Shown piece by piece: positions 1 through 13,992 of a stretch of DNA of 64,000 nucleotides (within the stretch, counting starts at the first letter, position 1; every line of letters starts with the position of its first letter). Origin of the DNA: Eledone cirrhosa (taxonomy: Eukaryota); the NCBI GenBank assembly GCA_964016885.1, contig CAXHJY010000115.1:22947-86946 (forward strand), read 5' to 3'. The notes beneath the pieces were generated by a model. The model saw nothing but the letters and a program-made list of their open reading frames with translations, searched no databases and had not been told where the DNA came from. A program made the translations under genes and the position numbers.

Positions 1-3000
1 ATATACATACATACACATATATATATATATACATACATACACATATATATATATATACATACATACACATATATATATATATACATACATACACATATAT
101 ATATATATACATACATACACATATATATATATATACATACATACACATATATATATATATACATACATACACATATATATATATATACATACATACACAT
201 ATATATATATATACATACATACACATATATATATATATACATACATACACATATATATATATATACATACATACACATATATATATATATACATACATAC
301 ACATATATATATATATACATACATACACATATATATATATACATACATACACATATATATATATACATACATACACATATATATATATACATACATACAC
401 ATATATATATATACATACATACACATATATATATATACATACATACACATATATATATACATACATACACATATATATATATATACATACATACACATAT
501 ATATATATATACATACATACACATATATATATATATACATACATACACATATATATATATATACATACATACACATATATATATATATACATACATACAC
601 ATATATATATATATACATACATACACATATATATATATATACATACATACACATATATATATATACATACATACATACACATATATATATATATACATAC
701 ATACACACATATATATATACATACATACACATATATATATATACATACATACACATATATATATATACATACATACACATATATATATATACATACATAC
801 ACATATATATATATACATACATACACATATATATATACATACATACATACACATATATATAATACATACACTATATATATACATACACATATATATATAT
901 ATACATACATACACATATATATATATATACATACATACACATATATACATACATACACATATATATATATATACATACATACACATATATATATATATAC
1001 ATACATACACATATATATATATATACATACATACACATATATATATATATACATACATACACATATATATATATATACATACATACACATATATATATAT
1101 ATACATACATACACATATATATATATATACATACATACACATATATATATATATACATACATACACATATATATATATATACATACATACACATATATAT
1201 ATATATACATACATACACATATATATATATATACATACATACACATATATATATATATACATACATACACATATATATATATATACATACATACACATAT
1301 ATATATATACATACATACACATATATATATATACATACATACATATATATATATATACATACATATATATATATATACATACATACACATATATATATAT
1401 ATACATACATACACATATACATATATACACATACATACACATATACATACATACATACATACATACACATATATATACATACATACACATATATATATAC
1501 ATACATACACATATATATATACATACATACACATATATATATACATACATACACATATATATATACATACATACACATATATATATACATACATACACAT
1601 ATATATATACATACATACACATATATATATACATACATACACATATATATATACATACATACACATATATATATACATACATACACATATATATATACAT
1701 ACATACACATATATATATACATACATACACATATATATATACATACATACACATATATATATACATACATACACATATATATATACATACATACACATAT
1801 ATATATACATACATACACATATATATATACATACATACACATATATATATACATACATACACATATATATATACATACATACACATATATATATACATAC
1901 ATACACATATATATATACATACATACACATATATATATACATACATACACATATATATATACATACATACACATATATATATACATACATACACATATAT
2001 ATATACATACATACACATATATATATACATACATACACATATATATATACATACATACACATATACATATATACATACATACACATATACATATATACAT
2101 ACATACACATATACATACATACACATATATATATACATACATACACATATATATATACATACATACACATATATATATACATACATACACATATATATAT
2201 ACATACATACACATATATATATATACATACATACACATATATATATACATACATACACATATATATACATACATACACATATATATACATACATACACAT
2301 ATATATATACATACATACACATATATATATACATACATACACATATATATACATACATACACATATATATATACATACATACACATATATATATACATAC
2401 ATACACATATATATATACATACATACACATATATATATACATACATACACATATATATACATACATACACATATATATATACATACATACACATATATAT
2501 ATACATACATACACATATATATATACATACATACACATATATATATACATACATACACATATATATATACATACATACACATATATATATATACATACAT
2601 ACACATATATATATACATACATACACATATATATATACATACATACACATATATATATACATACATACATACACATATATATATACATACATACATACAC
2701 ATATATATACATACATACATACACATATATATATACATACATACACATATATACATACATACATACACATATATATATACATACATACATACACATATAT
2801 ATATACATACATACATACACATATATATATACATACATACATACACATATATATATACATACATACATACACATATATATATACATACATACATACACAT
2901 ATATATACATACATACACATATATATATACATACATACATACACATATATATACATACATACACATATATATATACATACATACATACACATATATATAT

Positions 3001-3511
3001 ACATACATACATACACATATATATATACATACATACACATATATATATACATACATACATACACATATATATATACATACATACATACACATATATACAT
3101 ACATACATACACATATATATATACATACATACACATATATATATACATACATACATACACATATATATACATACATACATACACATATATATATACATAC
3201 ATACATACACATATATATATACATACATACACATATATACATACATACACATATATACATACATACATACACATATATACATACATACATACACATATAT
3301 ACATACATACATACACACACATACATACACACACACACATACATACATACATACATACATACATACATACATACATACACATACATACATACATACATAT
3401 ACACATACACATACACATACATATACACATACATATACACATACACATACATACATACATACACATACATATACACATACATACATACATACATACATAC
3501 ATACACACATA
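1..3511. repeat. Compound (ATAC)/(AT) minisatellite with 26-bp, then 22-bp, then mixed units, ending in (ACAT)n
   Basis: Units such as ACATACATACACATATATATATATAT (26 bp) and ACATACATACACATATATATAT (22 bp); no G on the + strand. Confidence 0.97.
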
Positions 3512-3848
3512 CTGAATGAAAAGTTTCTGGAAAGCCTGTTGGAATGTTCTTGACTATAAAAAGTTATTGGTGCATGTAAACCCAGTAAAGGTATATATAA
3601 TGGGATGAGAAAACAAGAACTGAAGGAACCCGATTAGGAGGGCGGGGGTGGTACTTATTTCAACACAGGATCAAAAAGAATACTTTTCTCAAGTTTCAAT
3701 GAGAATTTTATATACAAATAACCAGTTCAACGTATTGACCTCTTCACTTGGGTGTCTAACAAATTAGGTATAGCAGCTAAATCCGGCCGAGACCGCACCC
3801 TATTTCTTCTAGGACATACTAGATAATGTAGTCGTCAGTATCGAGACG

Positions 3849-4055
3849 CGAGGCCAAGTGGTAAGGGTGTTGGACTTACATAATGTCGTAGGTGGTATGT
3901 TCGATTCCTGAGCTGGGTTGCGTGTTGTGCTGTGTTGTTGAGCAAAACACTTCATTTCACGTCCTTCCAGTATACTCAGCTGAAAATGAGTACCAGCAAT
4001 GGCTGGGGGTTGAACTCTGCAACGGACTGGCTTCCTGTCCAGGGGCAGAGTGGGA
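3849..4055 (+). mobile_element. Decayed tRNA-derived CORE-type SINE
   Basis: A-box-like GGCCAAGTGG, B-box-like GTTCGATTCC, then TTGAGCAAAACACTTCATTTCAC...ACTCAGCTGAAAATGAG shared with the copy at 46791. Confidence 0.7.
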
Positions 4056-4305
4056 TTTACGTATAAGCTAAACAAGCTATAGCTTAGGGCCACCACACAA
4101 AAAAAAAAACAAAAAAACAGCGACAATTTGTCGCTGACATAGGACATATAAAGGGCCCCATTATCTCAAATAGCTGAAGGCCCCATCAAATCTAAATCCG
4201 GCCCTGTCAGGGGGGAGGGAGTCTACTCAATGCTGCCATCAGGCAATCATTAACACGGCTTCTTCAGACCAAACCTCATCTTAGGTAATATATGCATGCA
4301 CACAC

Positions 4306-4341
<36 letters not shown>

Positions 4342-4346
<5 letters not shown>

Positions 4347-4440
4347 GTCCCCCAAAACATGTACACACCTCCAAAGCATTCTAACAAATATTACCTGTAC
4401 AGGTAATCAAAGTGTGTATACATTTTAGTGGGCACCCTGC
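4342..4440. mobile_element. Small Tc1/mariner-like MITE remnant
   Basis: Imperfect TIRs AGGGTGTCCCCCAAAACATGTACACAC / GTGTGTATACATTTTAGTGGGCACCCT next to TA. Confidence 0.5.
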
Positions 4441-5516
4441 ATATATAGAACTATCTCAAATAAGGCTCGGAAATGACCAAAGTACTTTAAAATAAAGAAA
4501 CCTTTTAAGAGCCTCAGCCCAGGGGTAAACTCCTTGTCAAGCCACCTAAATCTAGAGGGTTTAACATATATATGCAAGGTGCGTGTGCGTGTTAATCACT
4601 GAAAACAAAAGGCGAAGTTTAGTGCTTAATCAAGCATTAAACATCGTATTTTGTTTTCATTGCTCAACATATATATAGATAAATATGTGTGTACGTGTAT
4701 ACAATGTCTATCTTGTTTGTACATATACAAATAATAATAAACACATGAAAAATTCATCGTCTCACCTTGACATCGTATTTCTTGCGTGCGTTCATCACTT
4801 GATATGCCATCCATTGTATCAATAATATGGATGCAACAGCAACAAACACCACATAACCATAGGCCGAAGGAAGGAGTTCAAAAATTTGCCTGTACATTCT
4901 TGTTAAGGATCAAATCAGTTCTACAACTGAAGTGTTGTCGTGCGATGAAGTTTTGAAGCCACGCAACAACCACTGCAATGTTTAAGTAGCTCGGCAGTTA
5001 TCTCCCTTGCCTGCTAGCCTGCTTTTTACTGTTTGAGGTTGTTAATGTGGGGGGTGGAGGTGGGAGATAATGTGTGAGAAACTGTCTCCACACCCACCTC
5101 AACCTTTATACCAGAATGTTGAAATCATCAGCAGCACTACAACCACTACCATCACGATCACCACCACTGTCATCATTATCATGATCACTACCATCACTAT
5201 GATATCCACCCCACCCCCAACATCCCACCACCATATCCACCATCGCCGCCGCCAAGTCAGTCGTGATTCAGCAAAAAATCATAATCATCCTGTATTATTA
5301 CGGCCCTTGCCATTCTGAGTTCAAATCCCGCCGAGGTTAACTTTGCCTTTCATCCTTACGGGGTCGATAAAATAAAGTACCAGTAATGCACTGAGTAATT
5401 GCAGACCTTGTGCCAAATGTAGAAACAATTATTATTTAAAGAAATCAAATCCCGCCGAGGTCACCTTTGCCTTTCATTCTTATTTTGTGGGTGTTTACCA
5501 AGTTAGTTGCCAGACG

Positions 5517-5680
5517 TCAGAGCTTCAATGTATCGATGCCCAGGGAAACAAGGCGTTCAGAGTATGGTAGATGCCATATGGAGGGTATTCGCTTGGTTGC
5601 ACGTCTCTGAACAGTTTCCAGGCGGTCAAAGTTCTGAGTAAGATAGGGGTTCCAGACTGGTGATGCAAATTCTAAGTTGT
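5517..5680 (-). mobile_element. CR1/L2/Jockey-group LINE ORF2 C-terminal fragment
   Basis: Peptide LEFASPVWNPY...RLETVQRRATKRIP...LPYSERL is the typical post-RT motif of this group. Confidence 0.8.
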
Positions 5681-6684
5681 TTACATCCAACACATGGATT
5701 TTGTATTTGTACACTAGGTACTTATCTTAGACTTCAGTCGGTTCCAACAACGAATGTTCTGGTTGTTCGAAAAATGGAATAGCCTGCTCATGAAATTAAC
5801 GAGCAAGTGGCTGAGTATTCCACAAACACGTATACTCTTAATACAATTTTCAGAAGATTAAGGGTGACATAGTGTGTAATAAAACTGGCCTTTTGAATTA
5901 CAACTACAGTCAATCTTCTTTTATAGCGTAATTGGCTGAGTATTCTACCAACACATGTAATCTTAATGCAATTTTCAGTGTGGCACGGTATGTGACCAGA
6001 CAAGCCCCTTTGAATTACAGGTACAGCTCATTTTTGCCAGCTGAGTGAACTGGAGCAACGTGAAATAATGTGTCTTGCTGAAGGACACAACGCGCCGTCG
6101 GGAATCGAACTCAATACCTTACCAACCAAGTAATTCAATGAAGCAGCCTTGTTACACATTGTGTCATGCTGAATCTCCCTGAGAAAAACGTTAAGGATAC
6201 ACGTTAATTTCACGAGCAATTTGAATACTCATCGTAGAAACCGACGGAATTCCAAAGTGAAGTTAAGTCATATTACTCCTCCTCCATACACTGTGACCTC
6301 TCACTCCCTCTCCATAAACTGCGACCCCTCATTCACTCCCCCTCCATACACCATGACCTATCATTCACCCCCCCCCCCCCCATAAACTGCGATCTCATGC
6401 AATCCTCTTTTCATTCACCTACATCCCTATCTTCAAGAGGGTTGGGATCATTGTTACAAATGTTGGTAGTAAATGAGATTTTGACATCCTGACCGACAAA
6501 ATATAAAAACAATGTACGTTACCTCCATATTTCACGTACGAATTAAACATATTTAAGTTTTAAGATATGTCCTGGCATACTTCAAGCTAAAAGCGGCGTC
6601 AGAATGTCGGATAGAACATTTGCGGTATTCGTTCGAGTTCTCTGCGCTTTGCCTTTCATCCTTTCGAGATATATATATATATAT

Positions 6685-6869
6685 GGAACGAGTAGGAACC
6701 CGACGACTGAGCTCAAGCCGTTTCGACGGCTAATTCAGAATTAGCCGTCGAAACGGCTTGAGCTCAGTCGTCGGGGTCCTACTCGTTCCTATTACCCACT
6801 CTACTACCCTAAGTATTGAGTACTTTGGTGCGTTATGGTCCACCTGGTTCCTTACCACATTTCCTTCGT
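6685..6869. repeat. Near-perfect palindrome (arms 6685-6736 / 6738-6789) containing the 3' half of a hammerhead ribozyme; Penelope pLTR-like remnant in (TA)n
   Basis: Arms are reverse complements; GAAACGGC...GTCGTC forms stem III plus a GUC site; the tail GTATTGAGTAC is shared with the cassettes at 11.3 kb and 40.9 kb. Confidence 0.7.
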
Positions 6870-6889
6870 TATATATATATATATATATA

Positions 6890-9187
6890 TTGTTATACTT
6901 GGGGAGGGTCATATTTGTGTAATATTGCCAGAATTAATAACAGAACACACTCACTGTTTGGTTGGTTTTCGCTTCTCGCTGTCTTTTATATCCGTAATCT
7001 AACTTACTCGGTCCTCAATGTTGCCATTGACTGACCGACGGTCAAAAATAATACAGATACAATATAGACACAAACACATATATATAGTTTATTATAAATC
7101 TTTCGTTGCACATCTGCAACATCGTCAGTGGTGTTATATTTTCCTCCTGTTGTGTTGTATGTCTACGCCATTTTTTATTCAGTCTGTCTATATATTTATT
7201 TATTTATTTGCTTGTTTGTTTATTTTATTTTGTCTTCTTTGCGCATGCGTTTGCGTGTGTGTATAGTGTTATGTTTGCTGTGTGATGGGTGACTAGTGTG
7301 TGTTTATGTGCTTGTTGTTATTGTGCTTGTGTATGTATTTATTTATCTTATTTTATTTACTTATTTATACTTCTCTTAGGTCAGTGTTGTTTGTTTGGGT
7401 GTTGTTGTTATTCCATTCATTCTTTCTGTTTAGTCTTGGTCTTCTAAGTTCTATTTCACTGGCCTCTCTGATTTGCCTATCTGCTGGGTCATTTCTATGT
7501 TTAGATATTATTCTAATTTCTATGTTGTCTATGTTACCGTCATGTTGTTGTCTGGCATGTTCGTATAGTACTGACCCGTTTTTTCGTCCTTTTAGTTCCC
7601 CCCAGTGTTGGTCTATCCTTTCACCTATGCTACGATCTGTCTCACCTATGTATGTTGTTGTCATGTTTCTGCAAGTACCCTCTGTACATCTTATGCTATA
7701 GACTACGTTTCTAGTTTTACAGTTTATCCGGGGGTTCACCTTACATATGATACATTTCCTATTGGTACAGTGGGTTTTCTTAAAAGGGTATGTTTTGCTG
7801 ATCAGGGATTTTATGGTGGTTCCTGGCTTTTCTACCACTTTTATTTTTAAGTGGGTCTTTCTAAGGGCCTTTCTACACTGGTTAGCTAATTTCCCTCCAG
7901 GGGTGGCGTCCACAAACATGACACTCTGGTATCTCTGGTTGTCGTACCATGATGTGGCTTTCCCTATCTTATGTCTAGCCCTATCTAAGCTATTCCATGA
8001 TTTGCTCCTGTATAATGGGCAAATTCCTTTCATGTCCAGTTCTATGAGGGTCTTATACTTTTTCATGACTCCTTTGTATACTCTGACTCTGTCTCTTTGG
8101 TTGTAGCCAGAGAACTGCATGCGGTTGATGAAGTGTTGGATGTCTTTCCATTTCTGTTGGGTCGCACATGCGGGACACATTCTTCATCACTCGTACCAAA
8201 TCTGCGATCAGAATATTAAACTTAGCACTACTGGACATTGCTGAGTTTTTGAGTATCAGGTATTTGGAGGCCATGGGTTTAGCATAGTGTGAGTGGAGAA
8301 TTTGGGCTCTCTCGTCTATAGTGTTAATCCAGAGTTCTGTGTCTAATACAGGTAGTCTATTGTTAGGGTGTTTGGAAGGGAAGTCGATAGTTACAGTTAT
8401 ACTCTGGTGTATGGAATTAGCTATCTGCTGGATGCTTTCCATCGTGCTACGTTCTAAATCAAACTTGTTAGTGCTCTCTAGTGGGGGTGTTCTTATAACT
8501 ATATTGATATCGTCTACATAACGAGAGTACATGATGAGGTCTATGGAGCTTTCATTAAGGAGATCTTTAAGTTTCCTTTCCCACCATACCATGAAAAGGT
8601 TGGCAACATCACCAGCTATGCTGACGCCGATGGCTGCTCCCTCATTTTGGGTGTAGATTTTCTCATTGAACTTAAATGTGGCCCTTTAGGGTAGTTTTGA
8701 TACTAGCCCCTATTGCATGTGTGACCATTTTTCTTACCTGATCATTGTTTTGGGGGGTCCGTATAGCTTTGGTCCACCCAATCCACCTTCCCATGGGAGT
8801 CTTTTTTGCCATTGAGGTTATGGTGGGGGGTCTACCTCTTATAGGTCTACTAGGGCAGAAACATCTAAGGTCATGGCTGTCTAGGTAGTCAGTGTCGTAG
8901 GTAAGTCTAATTAGGAGGCCCAGTTCATCTGTGTCGACGTCGCAGAACTCCACCTCACTCTCAATGATCATCTCCACACATCTTTTCACAGCAAAATCAA
9001 TGTTAATGGATGGGTACAGTGACACCACATCCATGCTGCCTATTATGCAGTTGGATAGGCTCCTGTTTTTGTTGCACTCACTGATTCTGCTGAGGAGGTC
9101 CTCTGTACTTTCACATACATCTGGGGACATCTTGATTATGGGGCGTATAACCATTGAGAGGAAGTAGGAGATCCTGTAGTTGCTAGC
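6890..9187 (-). mobile_element. 5'-truncated, frameshifted Penelope-like element (RT + GIY-YIG) with 3' pseudo-LTR (about 6890-7370)
   Basis: ORF pieces 8672-9190, 8053-8592 (YSRYVDD) and 7365-8180 (VYSIRC..YIGET) are nearly identical to the 54196-57828 ORF; both ends lie in (TA)n. Confidence 0.95.
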
Positions 9188-9222
9188 TATATATATATAT
9201 ATACATATATATATACATATAT

Positions 9223-9255
<33 letters not shown>

Positions 9256-9262
9256 TATATAC

Positions 9263-9297
<35 letters not shown>

Positions 9298-9409
9298 CAT
9301 ATATATACATATATATATATAGCTATTCCTCTCAATGGTTATACGCCCCATAATCAAGATGTCCCCTGATTCTGCTGAGGAGGTCCTCTGTACTGTCACA
9401 TACATCTGG

Positions 9410-9453
<44 letters not shown>

Positions 9454-9562
9454 TCTACTTTTGACTTAATATTGCTCTGGATAATATCTATCGAGCTGAT
9501 TTATTGAGAAGCACATAATTCTACCATATTTAATATGTTACATTTGTGTGTGTGTGTGTATA

Positions 9563-10459
9563 CGAGGTGTGTCAGAAAACTTCCAGGACTGATGTCACAA
9601 AAGATTTATTTCAAACCCAAACTTCACACTAACAGATTTTTCTCCTTCAAAGTAATCCCCCTGGAGTCTAATGCACTTTTCCATCCTTTTCTTCCACGCT
9701 TGCATGCACTCTCGGAAGGATTCTTCCGGGATCCTCAGCAGTTCCGTCGTCACGGCCTTTTTGATGTCGTCCACGTCTTCAAAACGGGTCCCCTCCGGGT
9801 CGTACTCGAAGATCCATAACTCATCACCGGTGATGACTGTCCCTAGCAAGCCTGGTTCGGTTTCAAGACGCTCGAGGATGTCGTGGCACACTTGCATGCG
9901 TCGACCCTTCTGGTCATCGTTCAGCAGTTTTGGCACCACCTTCGCGCAGACTTTCCGCATGTCCAAATCTGCAGTGAGAATCTTCCAGACGCTGTCCCGA
10001 TTCATGCCCAGCTCATTTGCCATCAGTCGAACAGTCAGCCGACGATCGCTACGTACCATCTGCCTGACGCGCTCAACGTTGACCTCAATCCTGGTTGTTG
10101 AGGGCCTTCCGCTCTTGGGGTCATCTTCCACGTCATCGCGTCCTTCTTTAAACCTCTTGCACCACTTAAAAACACGTGACCGTGACATCGTCTCATCTCC
10201 ATACACTTGCTGCTGCAATCCCAGTGCTTCTGACGGAGTTTTCAAATCTGTTCGTTGCTCTGTGCTCATTGCTTGACGATCTGAAACAGAGGACATGTAT
10301 ATAAAATTATGAAGAAAACATTTTGATCGTTGAAGAGAGCTAAGATTACATTTACATACTCCAGGGGGATTACTTTGAAGGAGAAAACTCTTAGTGTGAA
10401 GTTTGGGTTTGAAATAAATCTTTTGTGACATCAGTCCTGCAACTTTTCTGACACACCTC

Positions 10460-10460
<1 letters not shown>
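9563..10460 (-). mobile_element. Internally deleted mariner (Tc1/mariner) transposon with ~100-bp TIRs and TA target duplication
   Basis: TA|CGAGGTGTGTCAGAAAA...TTTTCTGACACACCTCG|TA; transposase has the HTH region (MSRSRVFKWCKRFKEGR, SGRPST, RKVCAKVVPK) and VITGDELW joined directly to GTRFEDVDDIK. Confidence 0.93.
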
Positions 10461-10517
<57 letters not shown>

Positions 10518-10521
<4 letters not shown>

Positions 10522-11167
10522 GAGAGGTATAGAGATTGTTTTAGCAAGAAGCTAACAGCATTCTATAACATATATGCGACTATAACGTCAAGATGGGAAA
10601 AGTAGTTAACGTAAGATTTAGGAAAAATAATTCAAACTCATCTCAAAAGAGAATCAGGATATAAATTCATCCACAGAATTTAGTGAAATCCAGGGAAAAA
10701 TCAATAGACCTTTAACTCATGATAAAATAAAGTTTGAAACACTTATCCTTCAATTTGGAATAACATCAAATGCTCTGTATAGTCTTAAAAGACTATTTCA
10801 TGAAAATTTTCAGTGGAGATGGTCACGGTTGGATTTCATTCATCAGCAGAGCTCAACAGAAAACCCAGGCTCTCACAGTATTATAATCGGAAAAAGGGAT
10901 TTCTAAAACTGGCTAGTTCGCCTTCATGTGTAATTATGAAAAAGCACATGAGGAAAAAACGGGGCTAGTGACGTCAGGATGAAAGTGAATGTTTATTTAC
11001 AAGAAATAGCAGTCAAATACATTCTGAAAAAAACTCTACAAAAGGAGTTCTGCAAATAGCAATAATTATCACAGTTTTTATGAAAATAACCGGGATTAGT
11101 CACAGATAGTTTAAGCACTCTAGGAAAAGAATCCGAGTATAAATATAAATGAGAGGTATAGAGATTG

Positions 11168-11172
<5 letters not shown>
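10518..11172. mobile_element. ~630-bp non-coding cassette between (TA)n tracts with terminal direct redundancy
   Basis: AAATGAGAGGTATAGAGATTGTTTTA occurs at both 10518 and about 11147. Confidence 0.55.
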
Positions 11173-11243
<71 letters not shown>

Positions 11244-11245
11244 TG

Positions 11246-11296
11246 AGATTCTACAGGACTAGAACTGTTTCATTCTTTAGAAATCATCAGGAATCT
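11246..11296 (-). ncRNA. Type I hammerhead ribozyme inside palindrome 11239-11347
   Basis: Minus strand reads AGAUUC-CUGAUGA-UUUCUAAAGAAU-GAA-ACAG-UUCUAGUC-CUGU-A-GAAUCU: stem I 6 bp, stem III 4 bp, GUA cleavage triplet, U-U pair at 10.1/11.1. Confidence 0.8.
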
Positions 11297-11421
11297 GATG
11301 ATTTCTAAAGAATGAAACAGTTCTAGCCCTGTAGAATCTCATCTATATTAAAACTTTTATACTCTGCAATGTATTGAGTACCTTACTTACTGTGGTTACC
11401 TCCGATTCAACCCGGAATAAC

Positions 11422-11580
<159 letters not shown>

Positions 11581-11612
11581 AAAGAATAGAGGTGTAACAC
11601 ACAAGTTATTAT

Positions 11613-11995
11613 ATATTGGTAAACGGAATAGAAAATGCTGACAAATTGTTCACAGTTGAAAAATGGTTTAATTAGGAATAAAAGAGTATTAGTGATTGTA
11701 TGGGTTAGTATTCAGTTGTGGTTTTAAGTTTTTAAGTTTTTACCGGTTGCGCATTTCTAAATGCTTTTCAAAAATAATTTTGAGATAGAGTGTCCGTGCG
11801 GATCAGAGCAAACAGCACGGACACTCTATCTCAAAATTATTTTTGAAAAGCATTTAGAAATGCGCAACCGGTAAAAACTTAAAAACTTAAAACCACAACT
11901 GAATACTAACCCATACAATCACTAATACTCTTTTATTCCTAATTAAACCATTTTTCAACTGTGAACAATTTGTCAGCATTTTCTATTCCGTTTAC

Positions 11996-12003
<8 letters not shown>
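11613..12003. repeat. Apparently perfect inverted repeat with ~185-bp arms and a 15-nt spacer, in a (TA)n-bounded cassette
   Basis: ...GAGATAGAGTGTCCGTGC ggatcagagcaaaca GCACGGACACTCTATCTC...; arms match out to TATTGGTAAACGG / CCGTTTACCAATA. Confidence 0.93.
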
Positions 12004-12082
<79 letters not shown>

Positions 12083-13992
12083 GAGGAAATCGGCTATGTC
12101 GAGACTTAGAGAGAGGAAGGGCTCCATCAGGTTTATATTGCCCAAGACCCGCTGTATGTCACTGCTACGACTCCTACTTCTTCATCAGGAGTTACGGGTC
12201 CATACATACATACCTCTCGAATATACACATAGATCCTTACCTAGAGCTACCCAATATTGCAAATATTGTTAGTTTTGACTTCTTTCTTTTTTTCTTTTTA
12301 CATGTTATGTAATCAATTAGACACTCAGTGCCAATAACATTTATTAAATGGATGATAACTTTAGTATTTAATCAATTATACATAATTTCGTCTTAGATGT
12401 ATTGTCTTGATTCTGGAACATCCTACTTGTGAAGTTAACGTGCAACCTTAAGATGGTTCTCAAGGAAATTGAACGTGACACAATGCGTTATGAAGACACA
12501 ATGTGTCGCCAGTAATTGAACTCGCGACCCAATTCTAGTGAATGAAATAAATCCAAGCAAGAAAGATAACAGCGTCTTTTTTTATTGAGAATTATCTCCC
12601 TTAAAAAATGGCGATTAATTACATCGTAAACAATCAACGATTTGTTGCTGAGGTAAATACAAGTATTTCCTACCTGTAAATGTGTCTTTCACTTCGAAAT
12701 CTACTCTGTCCTTTTTAAAGGATATTTCTGTTAATTCTTAATTAATGGTTAGTTACTTTTTTTATCAGATTATAATTTCACGTCAGGAAGCCACAGTTCG
12801 TTTAATGAAAATACATCATAATGGTTTTTAGAAACCATTTTAATATATATAAACACAAATGGGATGAGATATTTTCGTGTTTTTATTTAGAAATTTAATG
12901 TCAATATTTTCTAAACACACACATATATATATATTATGTGTATCGATATATAGACGGCCGTGAGAATATGTATTCAATATAGTAATTGATTATATTGACG
13001 AGTTATGGTGCACCTGAGCACTTTACACAATAATTTCATTATTATTATTATTATTATAGTCTTCATCAAACCCAAACCTGAGTTTAGAGTTTCGTCGACT
13101 TGCGTGCGTGCGAGCGAGAGAGAGTTGACAAACCCAAACCTTAATCCTATATATAACGCACCCTAACCCTAACCAAGCGAACCCTTAACTTGTATTTACG
13201 CAATGAATAGAGTGAATCAGACAATATAGTTTCGGTTTCTTGTTTCGAGATCTAATGTCGGCGACTTCCTTAATGTATTATACGTTATGATTTAAATGAC
13301 TATTGAAAATCAAACTACCAAAAATATTATTTTTCTCTTTATGTTATCGAGGCAATTACCTTAAATATAAAACGAAAATAGTCGTTTATAATAGAGACAC
13401 GGAGCCAGAAATTCAGGGTCAGAGATTAGACGATTAAATCGACTCCAATACCTGACAGGTATTTTATTTTATTTATCTCGGGAGGAGAAAGCAAAGAACC
13501 TAAACAAATACCGCTCTCGCTAAATAATAAAATCGTAGATCAACAACCATAAACCATAAACTCGAACCCTTCAACCTAACTATCGATCAGTACAACTGTT
13601 ACACAGTAGGTCCAAAAATTGATGTTTATTAATCTTTAGTATGGAAGGATATCAGAGACATAATCGAAATCAATACCACCTTAATAATTGTTTCTACGTT
13701 AGGCACAAGGCCATCAATTACCCAGTGCATTACTGGTACTTTATTTTATCGACCCCGTAAAGATGAAAGGCAAAGTTAACCTCGGCGGGATTTGAACTCA
13801 GAATGGCAAGGGCCGCCTTAATAATGAAACATTTAGTTATTTTATTAACCCTTTTAGTGACCGAATTGCCTGAAATACCCATCCTTACCCAACATTTTCA
13901 TTAGATATATGGTAACAAAAGGGTTATCTCTGTTCTTATTCTTTTGCAGTTTTGAAAGAAATAACCGAAATTTGTAAACCACAAACAATACA

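Noticed and set aside
871-3510. 879-aa ORF rich in M/C/V/Y/I
   Set aside because: Translation of a stop-free microsatellite; not a gene
13160-13175. CCCTAACCCTAACC telomere-like repeat
   Set aside because: Only about two units; insufficient for an interstitial telomere call
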